NCBI RefSeq assembly: GCF_009834535.1
Contig: NC_045696.1
Span: 72,170,001 to 72,234,000, forward strand
DNA length: 64,000 nt
Direction: 5' to 3'
Source of the DNA: Camelus ferus
Taxonomy: Eukaryota
Shown: piece after piece, positions 39,501-51,735 of the stretch
Layout of the letters: the number at the start of each line of letters is the position of its first letter
Numbering within the stretch: the stretch's first letter is position 1
The notes under the pieces: generated by a model
Databases searched by the model: none
Told to the model about the DNA's origin: nothing
The model's input: only the letters and a program-made list of their open reading frames with translations
Program-made: the position numbers and the translations under genes

Positions 39501-40844
39501 AAGATCAAACTAGAATTATTTTCTGGTTTGAATGTGGTAAACTCAAAAAGGATACCTAGTAAACAACTGGATATGCTTGTTTAGAGTTTAGGAATGAGGG
39601 TTGGGCTTGAGATTAAAACTGGGCAAGCATAATGATGGTGGTTAAAGTCAAAAGTATGTAGGAGACTGCCTACTAAAAGTGTACAGAAGAGAATAAGGGT
39701 TAAGAGATGGAATTCTCAGGGCTGTCATTTGAGATATCTGTGGAAGAAAGGGAGTAAGCAGAGGAAAAGATCATTACAGTAGAAGAAAAACAAGAAGAGC
39801 AGTGTGGCAGAAACCCAGGAAGAAGTTGCAAAAAGGAATTATTATATGCTGCAAAGAAAAAAGACAACTGTAATAATTAGGAAATCACTGGTGGCTTTTG
39901 CCAACACAGTTTGAGTAAAGTAAAAAGGGCTACATTGGATTGATGAATGGAGGTGGGGAGGAGGGTGGGAAGTGGGAATAGCAGTTAACTAATGAAAAAC
40001 TGGATTAAGTGAAAATATTTACTGTAAACAAACCATAAGCTTATTTTCAGGTTTGAAATGAAGGATCTGGTAAAGAGGAAGAAAAAGTTATGGGAAGGAA
40101 AAATTATTGAAGGATTAAGGAAGAAGAGAAAATGATCAAGAGCCAAAAAGGTGTAAAACATTAACTTTGGAAACTGACAGGATCTCTCATTTGAAATGGA
40201 ATTTTTTTTTTATTTGAACATGAAAAATGAAGAAAGCTGAAATCATATACTATCACATTTTCTATTTTGATAATTTTAAGAAATACCTTTGTGATGATCT
40301 GATACAGTCATCAACTGAGTGACTGAGTTCAGTTTTTCAGTGTCTGTTTACAGACTTCATACCTTCCTACGGCTTTTTGTATAACTCAAATCTAATGGAA
40401 CCTCAGATGGCTGTCACAAATTAGACCAGCAGTTCCTCTCTATAAGATTCAATTAACACTAAACTTCATATTCACTTTTTTTTTTATTACTAATAGATAC
40501 TTCTTTTACAGCAAAAATAAAACATAAGTAGGATCTTGGAGATTCTAATTACATATGGTCATCACACTGATTTCTGATAACCAAAGGCACTGGTTCTCAC
40601 AGTTCTGGATTTCACAGACCAGCAAAAAGAATTTTAATTGGAAAACTAACACAAAGTTACCAACTATAAATTTTTCTAAGCAAGAATATTAACAAAAAAG
40701 AAAGTAAGGAAAACAAGCTAAGACTTAGCTCTCCTGTAAAGTCTGAGAAACTGTCACAGCCCAGTGAAGCCTAAGAACACAGGAAAACCAAATGTAATAT
40801 GTTATCCCAGATGAGATTTTGAGCCAGAAAAAGAATATCAGTGA

Positions 40845-41485
40845 AAACCACAATGAGATATCATACCTGCTAGAATGGCTATTATAAAAAAGACAAGATG
40901 GTCCTTCCTCTTTGCTCTCAAACAGACAAGCTAATAAGCAGTGGGGACATATCTAGGATCTACAGACTATTTCTGCAGTTTCTATTTTCTAAATCCCAAG
41001 TTATTCTTCAGTTTTATAGAGCAGTTTTTCAATTGTTGAGGATCTTTCTGAGAAACGTAATTTGATTTCTATCCTTGGCTTTTTGATGTTATGTTCAATC
41101 ACCACTTTTTGTTCCAGGAAAAAATGAACTGATGCTTCTGAATAAATGTGGCAATATTTAATTAAAAAAAAAACAAGAGATAATAAGTATCGGTGAAGAT
41201 GTGGAGAAAAGGGAACCCTTGTGCACTGATGGTGGGAATGTAAATTGGAGCAGCCACTATGGAAAATAGAACTGAGGCTCCTCAAAGAATTAAAAATAGA
41301 ACTACCATACGATCCAGCAATTCCACTTCTGGGTATTTACCCAAAGAAAATAAAAACATTAATTTGAAAGATATATGCACCCCAATGTTCACTGTAGCAT
41401 TATTTACAATAGCCAAGGTATGGGGGAAAAAGGTATCAAGGTATGTTGAAAAAAAAACTGTTGATCAACAGATGAGTGGCTAAAG
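40845..41485 (+). mobile_element. L1 3' ORF2 fragment interrupted by a polyadenylated insert
   Basis: AAAACCACAATGAGATA..AGAATGGCTATTAT resumes as ACAAGAGATAATAAGTATCGGTGAAGATGTGGAG after the insert. Confidence 0.8.
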
Positions 41486-41519
41486 AAAAAAGCTATGTAC
41501 CTTTAAATACGTATAAAAC

Positions 41520-42574
41520 CTCCAAAGAGATAACAGAATAGTATCTTGAAGGAAAAAAAAGAACAAACTATTACAAGATGAATCAGGCAGATAGGCATCA
41601 AGAACAGATAGAAATGAAAGACGTCCAACGGTAACTTCTGAAACAGAAAAACAGTTAATTAGATTAAAAATTCAGAAGAACGAATGAACTCTAGATTGAA
41701 CACAAGTGAGAGAATTGGTGACTAGGAGCTAGAACTAAGGAATTCACACAGAAAGCAGCAAAGACAGAAGACAGATGAGAAATATGAACAAGAAGTTCAA
41801 GAGCATAGGTTAATACCAAGCAAGAGTTCTAAAGTAAGAAAAAGGCTGAGAAGCAATATTTAAAGGAAAAAAACAGTGGAAAATTTTCTGAACTGTTGAA
41901 ATGAGAGCTTTCAGATTGAAAGTACACACAAGTGTAGAGCAGGAATAACAAAACTCACATGAAAAAATATGAGGGACACAGCATAGTAAAATAACAAAAT
42001 ATCAAGGACAAAGAGATAATCTTAAAAACAATGTGAAAGATATTATCAACAAAATCATGACAATTAGATTAAAAGCATATTTTACACCAGCAATAAATGT
42101 CAGAAAGCAATGGAATAAGTAGTATTTTCAGTATGTTGAGTGAAAGTAACTGTTAATCTAGAATTCTGAATCTACCTAAATTAGTATTCAATAGTAATTA
42201 TGAAATAAAGACACTTTAAGCCATGAAAGCTAAGAAAGTTTACAAAACATGAAGCCTTGCTTAAAAATAACTGAACAATGTATTTCAGCAAGAATAAAGG
42301 TAAATATAGAGGGAAAAGGTGGTATGCAAGAAACAATGGTGAGTAAAAGAAATCACTAAATCCCTGTAGTAATAAATCAAAATATGGAACAGTTAAAAAG
42401 TTAGGAAATGTTTTGAGTTTAAAAAGAAGTAGAACTACAACACACATTATGGGAAAAAACATTTGCAAGTCACATATCTGATAAGGGTCTTCCACCCAGA
42501 ACATATAAAGAACTCTTACAACTCAGTTTAAAAAAAGACAACTCAAAAATGGGCAAAAAGATCTGAATAAGCAT

Positions 42575-42651
<77 letters not shown>

Positions 42652-44720
42652 CACAACAAACAAACAAAAAAACGGCCGATAAGGGACATGAAAAGATATA
42701 GAAATCATCAATCATTAGGGAAATACAAATCAAAACAAACAGGTTACCCATTCATACCCAAGACCACGGCTAGAATTAGAAAGACAAAAACAAGTACTGA
42801 CAAGGATATGAAGACACTGGAACTCACAGATTACTGGTGGGAATGTAAAATGGCACATTCACTTTGGAAAACAGTTTGGCAATTCCTCAAAAAGTTAAAA
42901 ACAGCGCTACCATATAACCCAGTAATTCTACTCCTTAGGTATTCACCCAAGAGAAATGAAAATATACATCCACAAAAAACTTACACATGAATGTTCAAAG
43001 CAGCATTATTTCTAATAGCCTAAAGGTAGAAACAAACTAAATGTCCATTAATCAATGAATGGATAAACAAAATGTTGTATATCTATACAATGGAACATTA
43101 TTTGGTAATTTAAAGGAATGAAGTACTGATATAGAGATCAACACAGACAAACCCTAAAAACATTATGCCAGGTGAAAGAATACAGTCACAAAATACCACA
43201 TGTTGTATGATGTCATTTATACAAAGTGTCTAGAGTAGGCAAATTTATATAGACAGTAGATTAGTGACTGATTAGGGCAGGCGGCTAGTGGTTTGGGGTA
43301 ACGGAGAATGAGAGTTAATTGGTAGGGAATCTCTTTTAGGGGGTATAAAAAAATGTTCTAAAATTGGAGTGTGGTTGATGGCTGCACAACTGCATATATT
43401 GAAAAAACTGAGTTGTGCACTTTAATGAATAAATTGTATGGTCTATGAGTTATATCTCAACAAAGCTGGTAAAAGAAAAAATAGAGCTAAACTATTATAA
43501 CAGTAATGTGGAAGGTGAGAGAGGGAATACTGGAGTCAAAATCTTTTAAACCCCTACGTTATTTGTACCTAGAGATAATTAATACATAAGCATAGCTAGA
43601 AAACAAATACAATGCATAGCTTCCACATGATCCAAAGGGGAAAACAGAAATAGAATAGAAATGTTAACAATTTCAATGCAAAGTAAATCAAAATCCTAGA
43701 AAGATTTTTCACAGAATTAGACAAAGTGATTATAAATAGCATATGAAGAGTAAAGCTCCGAAGCAATTCTGAAAGGGAAAAAAAGGATTGGGGGTTCTGC
43801 CTAGCCAGATATCAAGACATATAAAGTACATAAAAGTGAAGCAGCCAGTTGATAACTGGGGGAAGTACTATAAGTAAGACAGTGCGTTATTGGTGCACCA
43901 ACTGGACAACAGATGAATGAAACAGAATAGAGAACCTAGATACAGAACACGGTATATGACAGAGAAGGCAAACAACACAGGTTAGTGGGGAATGGCTTAT
44001 TCAATAAATCACATTGGGACAAATAACTTCTCATATGGGAGAAAATTAATTACCTACTTTATTCCATATACAAAAATAAATCCCAGGTATATTAAAGATC
44101 TAAATGTTGTAAAACTAAATGTTAAGACAACTTGAAGAAAATGCTAGAAAAATAGCTTTATGACCCTGGTAGAGGAAAAGAATTTCTAAACAAGTAATAA
44201 AAAGCAGAAATCATTCACCTAATAAATTTACCTACAAACAAATTTACAATATCAAAAAAGATACCATCAACAAACTTAAATACAAGGGACAGACTGGAAG
44301 AAGATATTTACAACATATACAACAAAGAACTGGCATCTGGACTATAGAAGATACTAATAAGGAAAAGACAAACCACCCAACAGGAAAACAGGTAATCTAC
44401 TCACATGAATGAAATATAGGACACCAGAATCTCTCTAGCAATTAGGAAAATGCAAACTAGAACAAAAGGAGATACCTTTCACACTCATCAGATGGGTAAA
44501 TTTTTTCAAGTCTGACAGTACAAAGTGTTGACCAAGATGTACGGAAAGGGGAACTCTCTCATGTTTTGGAAAATAATTTGGCAATATCTAGTAGTAGTCA
44601 TAACGTGCACACCCAATGACCCAGCAATTCCATTTCTAAGTATTCCAATTAAAACAAACAAACAAGAGTGGTCTCTGCAAAATTTTTTTTTTTTTTTAAC
44701 AAGAAAAAGCTGACAGTAAT
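41520..44720 (+). mobile_element. Cluster of old L1 fragments (ORF1-like remnant 41520-42330; L1MB/MC-like 3' end 42445-43480; ORF2-like remnant 43690-44720)
   Basis: A-rich; degenerate peptides such as WWECKMAHSLWKTVWQFLKKL and WKIIWQYL..PNDPAIPFL in the ORF track. Confidence 0.75.
42579..42648. repeat. Compound (CT)n(CA)n microsatellite
   Basis: Perfect CT run directly followed by a CA run. Confidence 0.95.
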
Positions 44721-44909
44721 TCAAATATCCATTAGTCTGATATTGCCCTGGCTAGGGCAGGGGATGCTTAATTTTGGTAGTTCCAGAGCCTAGCAGTATG
44801 CTATCACAGTGTACATGTTCAGAAATGTTTGACTGAATGAATAAATAAATGGGAAAGAAATAGTGTTACCTAAAAATGGATGTAGAGTTGAGAAACAGCT
44901 TTTATTACA

Positions 44910-45440
44910 TGGAGAATAAAAACAAAACAGACAAAAATCCGCACCTTCATGATATGAAAGAGACAAATATGTACAGAAAATGTTAAATAGTGGTAAGTGC
45001 TAAGAGAAATAAAAAGTAGGGAAGGGGGACAGGGAAGTATGGGTGGGGGAAGATACAATTTTATACTGAATGGCTCAAAAAGGCCTCATTGATAAGGTAC
45101 ACCTGAAAAAAGATGAAGGGAAGCGGCCAGCAGATAACTGGGAGAACATTCCAGGCAGAGGTAACAGGCAGGGCAAAAATTCCAAGATTGAAGTACGCCT
45201 GGCACTTCTGATGAATCACAAGGTCTGTGTGGATAAAGCAAAGTGAGTGAAGAATGATGGGGGATGAGAAGTGGTTTGGGGAGGTGGGTGGTTACAGAGC
45301 CAGCAGAGACTCTGGCTTTTACTCTGGGCAAGAAGGCAAATCCTCAGAAGGTTTTAAATGCAGGAATTACATCATGTAACTTGTGTTTTAATAAGATCAC
45401 TCTGGCTGCTATGTTGACAACAGACTGCAGGGATAGAAGG
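44910..45440 (-). mobile_element. LINE-2 fragment
   Basis: AACATTCCAGGCAGAGG, AAGATCACTCTGGCTGCT motifs. Confidence 0.7.
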
Positions 45441-45971
45441 GATATTTAATGACGAGAGTAGCAATCACAAGGTTCTTTGGAGGATTTGGGCAAGGTCCCT
45501 ACTTCAGTGCTGCTAGGACACGTGGGATTCCACTAATGCCTGACTTCTCCAACAAAATGAAAAACTGAGTATCTAAGAACATATATATGAACATGAGAAA
45601 AAAAAAGCAAATATTCAAAGATCTAGGATCTTAAACATTAATTTCTGAGGTTAAAATTTACTCAGCCACGGCAAAATAATATTACCATAGGCCAGTGCTT
45701 CCTTTTCCTATTCCTCATTCGTTCCTTGAGAGAAAGGCAAAGAACACAGGTACTTTCAAACTGATGCTAAAACAAATCTGATACTCATTTATTTATTCAA
45801 CCAACATTTGGTGGGTGAATACCTAACAGTGGGCCAACTGCTATCTTGAGTGCAAGGGAGACATAAAGACAAAAAAAATATGGCCCCTGCCCTAAGATAC
45901 TAACAGTCTAGTCTAGTACGTGAAAGTAACTAGACTTAGATAACGAGCTGTATAGAAACATGATCTCACTT

Positions 45972-46134
45972 AAAAAAAAAAAAAAATATATATATATATA
46001 TTATATTATTTATTTTTGGAAAGGGAGGTAATTACGTTTACTTATTTATTTTATTTTCAGAGGTACTGGGGATTGAACCCAGGACTTTGTGTATGCTAAG
46101 CATGTACTCTACCACTTGAGCTATACCCTCCTCC
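45972..46134 (-). mobile_element. tRNA-derived SINE (camelid Vic-1-like)
   Basis: A/B boxes as in the 21590 copy; TSD AACATGATCTCACTT 45957-45971 / AACATGAGCTCACTT 46135-46149. Confidence 0.9.
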
Positions 46135-46164
46135 AACATGAGCTCACTTTTAATGCTATATAGC

Positions 46165-46450
46165 AGCAACAGCAGAAATATAGCATAAGCCACAAATGCA
46201 AGCCACATATGAAATTTAAACATTTCTAGTAACTACACTTTTTTAAAAGGTAAAAAGAAACAGGTAAAATTAGTTATATTTCACTTTACCCAATATATCC
46301 AAAATATTATTTCAACATGTGACCAATACAAAAAATTGAAGTATTTTATATTCTTTTTTTATCCTGTTTTTGAAATCCTATGTGTACTTTACACTTAAGC
46401 AAATTTCAATTTGAACTAGCCACATTACAAATGTACTACATTAGCACAGT
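46165..46450. mobile_element. hAT-Charlie MITE (MER33-like)
   Basis: AAGCCACATATGAAATTTAAACATTTCTAGTA...CCAATATATCCAAAATATTATTTCAACATGT...ACTAGCCACATT. Confidence 0.65.
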
Positions 46451-48779
46451 TATGCAGGATACAGCTATTTTTTAGAAAATTGAAAAGAATTAGACACAGC
46501 TACAGGACAAAGTAAATTAGTGTAGGGAGGCCTGAACATGTTCACAGCTTAAAGAAAAAGAGTAAGATTAAACATACAATAGATAATTGATGGGGACTAT
46601 GGAGAGCAGGATGAAAGAGCACAAGTGGATTGGTTTAGAAAAGGACAGTCAAACCTTCCTTTGTGACAAGAGGAAAGGGAAGAATTAAGTACAGATATAA
46701 TCAAGTTTGGCAAGTCTAAGTGGGTGAGAGAGTAGAAAGTTGAGAGTTTAGGCAAAGAGCTTCCCATTTTCTCAGTGAATTAGAAGACAATCTTACTAGA
46801 CTCCTTCCACCATTGCCAATTCAAATCTAAAGGGACTATATTTATGGAACAATTTAAGAAACTGTATCCTAGAATGACAATATTAAGTTGTATTTTTGTA
46901 AAATTACAGTAATTTTCTAGCTTTCTTCTGGACTGGTCAATCTTGAATTTTGTCACTTTAAACACAGAAGCAATACCATGGACTAATTCTTTTTTTCTCA
47001 CCTATTCATTTATTCAGCAAACATGTACCTAGTGCCTGCTCTGTCAAGTATTGTGTGAGACACTGAGCACACAGAGATAAACAAGGCCCTTGTGACCTAC
47101 ATTTGAGTCTCCAGTATTTAGCACTTCATGTCTGCAAACAGTAAGTACTTTAAAAACATAGCATTACCTTGCCCTGTAAAGAAATATTACATATCAACTA
47201 AAATATGAATTGACAAAGACTTTCATTTAATTCTAAATTAGCACTGTGCAATTGAATTTTCTGTAATAATGAAAATGTTCTACTCTGAATTATCCAATAT
47301 GGTATCACATGGATTTTTTAGTTAATTAGAATTTTAATTGCCAATGTGGTTAATGGGCACCATACAAATCTAAATATTAAAATACAGCGAGTAGTTAATG
47401 GCATTTTCACTATCATAATCAAGGTGCTGTCATCTCTGAGTTAACATACATAATATGATGCTAGAAATAAGCACACTATAAATAATACTAATTGTAGAGA
47501 AAGACATCATAAGAAAAAAATTTTTACTGTAAAATAACTTTAGCATTGTGAGACCCAAAAGAAAGAAAGAACATAAGAGAAAGAAAAAGAAAAGGAAAGA
47601 GTATTCCAATCTTTTCAGTCTACTTCCCCAAAGGAAAACATCAACTTCTGACAATGGCCTAATTTTTCTCACTGTGTCAAGAAGTGAAAATACTTCGTGG
47701 AGATTTAAGGAGTCAAACTTTTTTTAATTAGAGAAAAATTACTAGAACATAGGGGTCGTCTCTGTAATAAAATGACAACAAACTTTTCTTTTGGCTAGAC
47801 AACTTAAGGTGTTGAAAATCAGGATTTTTATAATGAATAAAGTGTGTTTAAAACTCCAGAAACACACCTGTCTTTGTGATCTGCTTATTTTCCCAAATTT
47901 GTCCCATATATCTGAAATTTTTAAATGAACCTATTGCTAAAAGGCTCAATCTACTGAGCAAATGGAAGTTTGTGTGATTTAAACTAGACTTTGAGTTGAA
48001 TAATTCCTGGTGTAGTAACTAGAATGGCTGTTTACGACTGGAATGGTAAAATATACTTCCATTACTCTGTGTATCCACCTGTCCTCAATGTATAATTTAA
48101 GTGACTGTACAAACTTAATCAGAGAGACAAAGTCCTACATTGGCATAGGTCTTATTACATACTTGAATGATCTGATAACTTAAAAGTAAAACCAGTGAGG
48201 TGAGCAACCAATGTCAGAGATAGCATTTTTTATGCACAGCAACTTGCTCAACTTGTTAACCACCCCATAATGCAGTTGTCTTGTAAATTAACCACACAAC
48301 TTCCTGCCCTTCCTTTTAGTTGTGTTCATTCTAAGCCATTTTAAAAAACATTATCAGACTGTCTTGGAGATGAGAATGGTTATACAATCAGGACTTTATT
48401 CAGGTTAACAAAAATACCTAACACTAAGAAGAGGTGTCTTAATCTACTAGAACAAACTTTAAGAGAATTACTTTAAAATGATCTTCCTAGCACACAAAAC
48501 ACCATCAGTTAAGTCTTCCATACATGGCGATGGGCAAATCAAAAGCATGAGATCATGAGATTATTTACCTGTAATAATTAACTTCCAGAGTCAAGTTACC
48601 AAGCTGCAGCTTACTGCAACAAAGCCAAAGTATTGCAACAATATGGTATTATAATGACATCATTAGCTTGGTTTCCTAACAAGGCATATATCTGGGATAT
48701 CTGAATTTACACTTAGCTAAAAATAGAGAGCCAACATTTGTTTGAAGGAGTGGTAGACAGTCCTAGTTTTACGTGTTAG

Positions 48780-48806
48780 TTTTTTTTTTTTTTTTTTTTT
48801 TTTTTT
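48780..48806. repeat. Poly(T)27 tract
   Basis: Direct reading. Confidence 0.9.
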
Positions 48807-49967
48807 GAGAATGATGCCCACTGCAAAATGAATTAACAGAAGGCTGGCTCTGAAACAGCATGAACATAACGTTTCAGCCTCAACATAAAAATGTTGTTCT
48901 AGAGCGGGGAAAAAGAGGTATCAACGCTTTAGTCCCACAAAAGTCGTTTCTGCTTCACCGCCTTTTGAATTAGTAAATGAGAACACGGAACTGTAGAAGC
49001 ATTTATTTACTAATGCGATTTAGAAATTAAGCAGCAGCCAGAAACAGACCTCATCATGGAGATAAGGTTAGGCTTCCCCAGCCAGGAGCAATTTATGTCT
49101 TAATTATCAATATTCCCTTAAGTTCTGTATTTTGGATGCTGTAGTTGCCAGCCGACAAGACAGATTTTTCTCTGTGAATTAATTCTGAGACAGGTGGCGC
49201 TTTTTAGATGCCTTAAATCATCCTTTTCTAAGATTCCTTTTTTCCTCCAGATGTTCCAGTAAAACTGAAAAGTCAATCATTGGTTCCAACAGGTCTCACT
49301 CAAACTGCCTCGAGGAGAACGGAAAAACGTATAAGGTTCGCATTCCAAAAGTTTCACTTGGGGTGGGGTGAGGACAAGGTAGTAAGGAAAACAGTCCTTC
49401 ATAACTATCGTACTAATCTTTTGCGAAACTAGACGGGGTGTTGAAATATTCTTTCTTTCCCTAACCCAGTCCTCGAGTAAAATTTGTTTCATTGAGAGGG
49501 GTAGACTAGATAAGGTCCCCTTCTCCTAGATAATCAACTGCAACCTTGAAAACAGCGAGGAGAGGGGGCAGAAGACTAGTCCTCCCCCTCCCCTTCACTC
49601 AAACGTGTCCCAAATTGTTAGAGGAAAGAAAAACAAGCCTGTTTTTTCTCCCCAGACCAACTCTTTCCGTTCCCTCGCCCTATATCCTCGGGGTGGGGGG
49701 ACGCCGACCCGGCTCCAGACCCCACTTCTGGCCACAGCCGCCTAGGAGTAGGGAGTAACCAAGAAGCGCTGCAGGAACGGCCGCCTCCCGCCGCCGACCT
49801 CCGTGAGCCGGGCCAGAGGCGAGACGTGTGCCGGGGCTGCGAGGGGCTTCTCCCGCGAGCGCCTCCGCTGCGGCCTAGCCCAGAGCCTGCGCCGGGGCCT
49901 CGCGGCTCCGCGCCGCCGGCCTTTCCCTGCCACCCGCGCCCGGGAGGTGAGGGGCGGAGGTACCTAC

Positions 49968-49994
49968 CAGCTGCTGCCGGACCCAACGCCACAT
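49968..49994 (-). CDS. ATP11B: ATP11B coding exon 1 (MWRWVRQQL)
   Basis: GGCGGGGGCATGTGG start context, 27 nt, then donor GTAGGT; peptide matches the recalled ATP11B N-terminus MWRWIRQQL. Confidence 0.96.
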
Positions 49995-50110
49995 GCCCCC
50001 GCCGTCGCCGTCCCTGTCCCGCAGGACGCGGGGGCCGAGGGGCTGCAGGCGGAGGCCGACGAGCCAGAGGGGGAAGAGGGAGAGACCCTCTGACTGAAGT
50101 TTCGCTCGCA

Positions 50111-50137
50111 GCCGCCGCCGCCGCCGCCGCCGCCGCC
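50111..50137 (-). repeat. (GGC)9 trinucleotide repeat in the ATP11B 5' leader
   Basis: Nine perfect GCC units on + strand. Confidence 0.95.
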
Positions 50138-51529
50138 TCACTCCCCGCGCCGGGGCCCCATCTCGCCGCGCCGGTCCCGAAGTCCTACAGGCGCGGCCCC
50201 GGCGCCGCCCCCGCCCGGCGCAGCTGAGCTTGCTGCCGCGCCGCAGCCACCTTCATTATTGACCGTTGTCACCCGAAGTACCACCAAAACCCCACCCCCG
50301 ACCCCGGGCTCCACCCCCGGAGCCCCGCCCCGCCCCGCCCCCGGACGTGACGAAAGGGGCTGCGCCGACCGAGGGGCCCAGCGCGCCCCGCCGCTGTTCT
50401 AAGCCGGGCTCAGCCTTGTGGGCGGGGCCGGCGGCCAGCGTGGAGAGCTGCGGGTTCACGATCGCCCCGTATGTGCTCTGCTCTTCCTCTCATTTCTGGG
50501 ATACGATGAAATAGGGTCTGAGAGTTTCACACGGAGTCTGCGGCTTCTAGCCGACTCCTCTGTTTCTACCTCCTGTTGCAGGTGTGTTTCTGGCTCTCTG
50601 CCTTTGGTTTTCCCAGTCGCCCAGCACGCATACGCACGATCTGGAGAGTAATGACTGAAAGTTAATCCCCAGAGATCTCCAGTTTCGGTTCAATTAAATT
50701 GTGGAAGCCTTTGTCTCAACGTTTAACGCAGCTCTCTTTAGCAAACGACTGAGCTGGAGTAGGAGAACCTTGATCACTTCCTTTATGTAATTTTGAAAGG
50801 GGATGCAACTCCCCTGTGCCTGGTTCAGTCTGGACCAGTGTTCCGGTAGAATGGACGAGATATTCTGTTTTGCATTATTTAAAAAGTAAGGGGGAAAATA
50901 TTTCCTGTGGGAAGGTGGCTGTTTTCTGTTAACTGCTGAACTCCTGCAATCAAAAACACCCCATAAGTAGCAAGACCTAGGCAAGATAAGGGTGTGGATA
51001 AGTGGAGGTAAGAAGGGGTATAAAAGCAACTGCAACTGGACTTTGACTTGGAACGCTGAAATGAAGCGCCGGGTCTCGCTTTGTTCAAAACCAGGCCCGT
51101 ATACATCTTGATTGTTATGTATGTGTATTGTGTGCAGTATTTTGCTGAATTAAAGCACACTTCACCATTCAACATACAAGAGTTTAAAAAGATTTTTTTA
51201 ATAAGCGAAAACAGAAACCTAAATGAGATTTGAAAAACTAAGCAAGTCTTTGCAAGACATACACAGTCTTTTAGTTTCAATAAATATTCCTTATTATACA
51301 ATGATTATCCAGCACCACAAATAGAGCCTTTCCTTTGGTGTATTTATTATCTGAAAAAACCAGAAATGGAATTTTACATTATAAATAATCCAACTACAAG
51401 AATTACTTAGACATGTAAAGAGAAAAAGTAATCTCACTTTTGTTCTTATGACTGAACCTTGCTTCATGATCCTAAAAGGAAGTTTGAGATACATTTACTT
51501 ACCTGCTACAGTGATAAAACATTATTTCC

Positions 51530-51735
51530 ATTCATGGAGCACTTATGTGTCCCAGGCCCTGTAATAAGCTCTTTACTTGCAAGGTCTAATTTAACCCCCA
51601 TCAATCCTTTGAACTTGATACTATTATTCCCATTGCATGGATGCAGAAATGGAGGCCCAGGTTAATAACGTTCTCAGGTTATGTAACTTGGCAGAGCTGG
51701 GAATCAGATTCTGGATGGTCAGACAATAAGAGCTC
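51530..51735 (-). mobile_element. MIR SINE
   Basis: ATTATTCCCATT..AGAAATGGAGGCCCAG..GGCAGAGCTGGGAATCAGA reverse MIR core. Confidence 0.6.

Larger units (their letters stand above)
49690..50480 (-). promoter_or_regulatory. ATP11B: CpG-island promoter / 5' UTR of ATP11B
   Basis: Very GC- and CpG-rich segment spanning exon 1; tandem GC boxes CCCCGCCC at ~50323-50341; CRE-like GACGTGACG at 50344-50352; no evident TATA box; TSS not determinable from sequence. Confidence 0.9.

Noticed and set aside
46040..46134. tRNA gene candidates here and at 21640-21710, 56050-56120, 58135-58210
   Set aside because: tRNA-like A/B boxes but with SINE tails and, in three of the four copies, TSDs; they are SINEs
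49546..50651. Multiple Arg/Pro/Gly/Ala-rich ORFs on both strands
   Set aside because: Stop-codon scarcity in a CpG island; only the 27-nt exon 1 is supported
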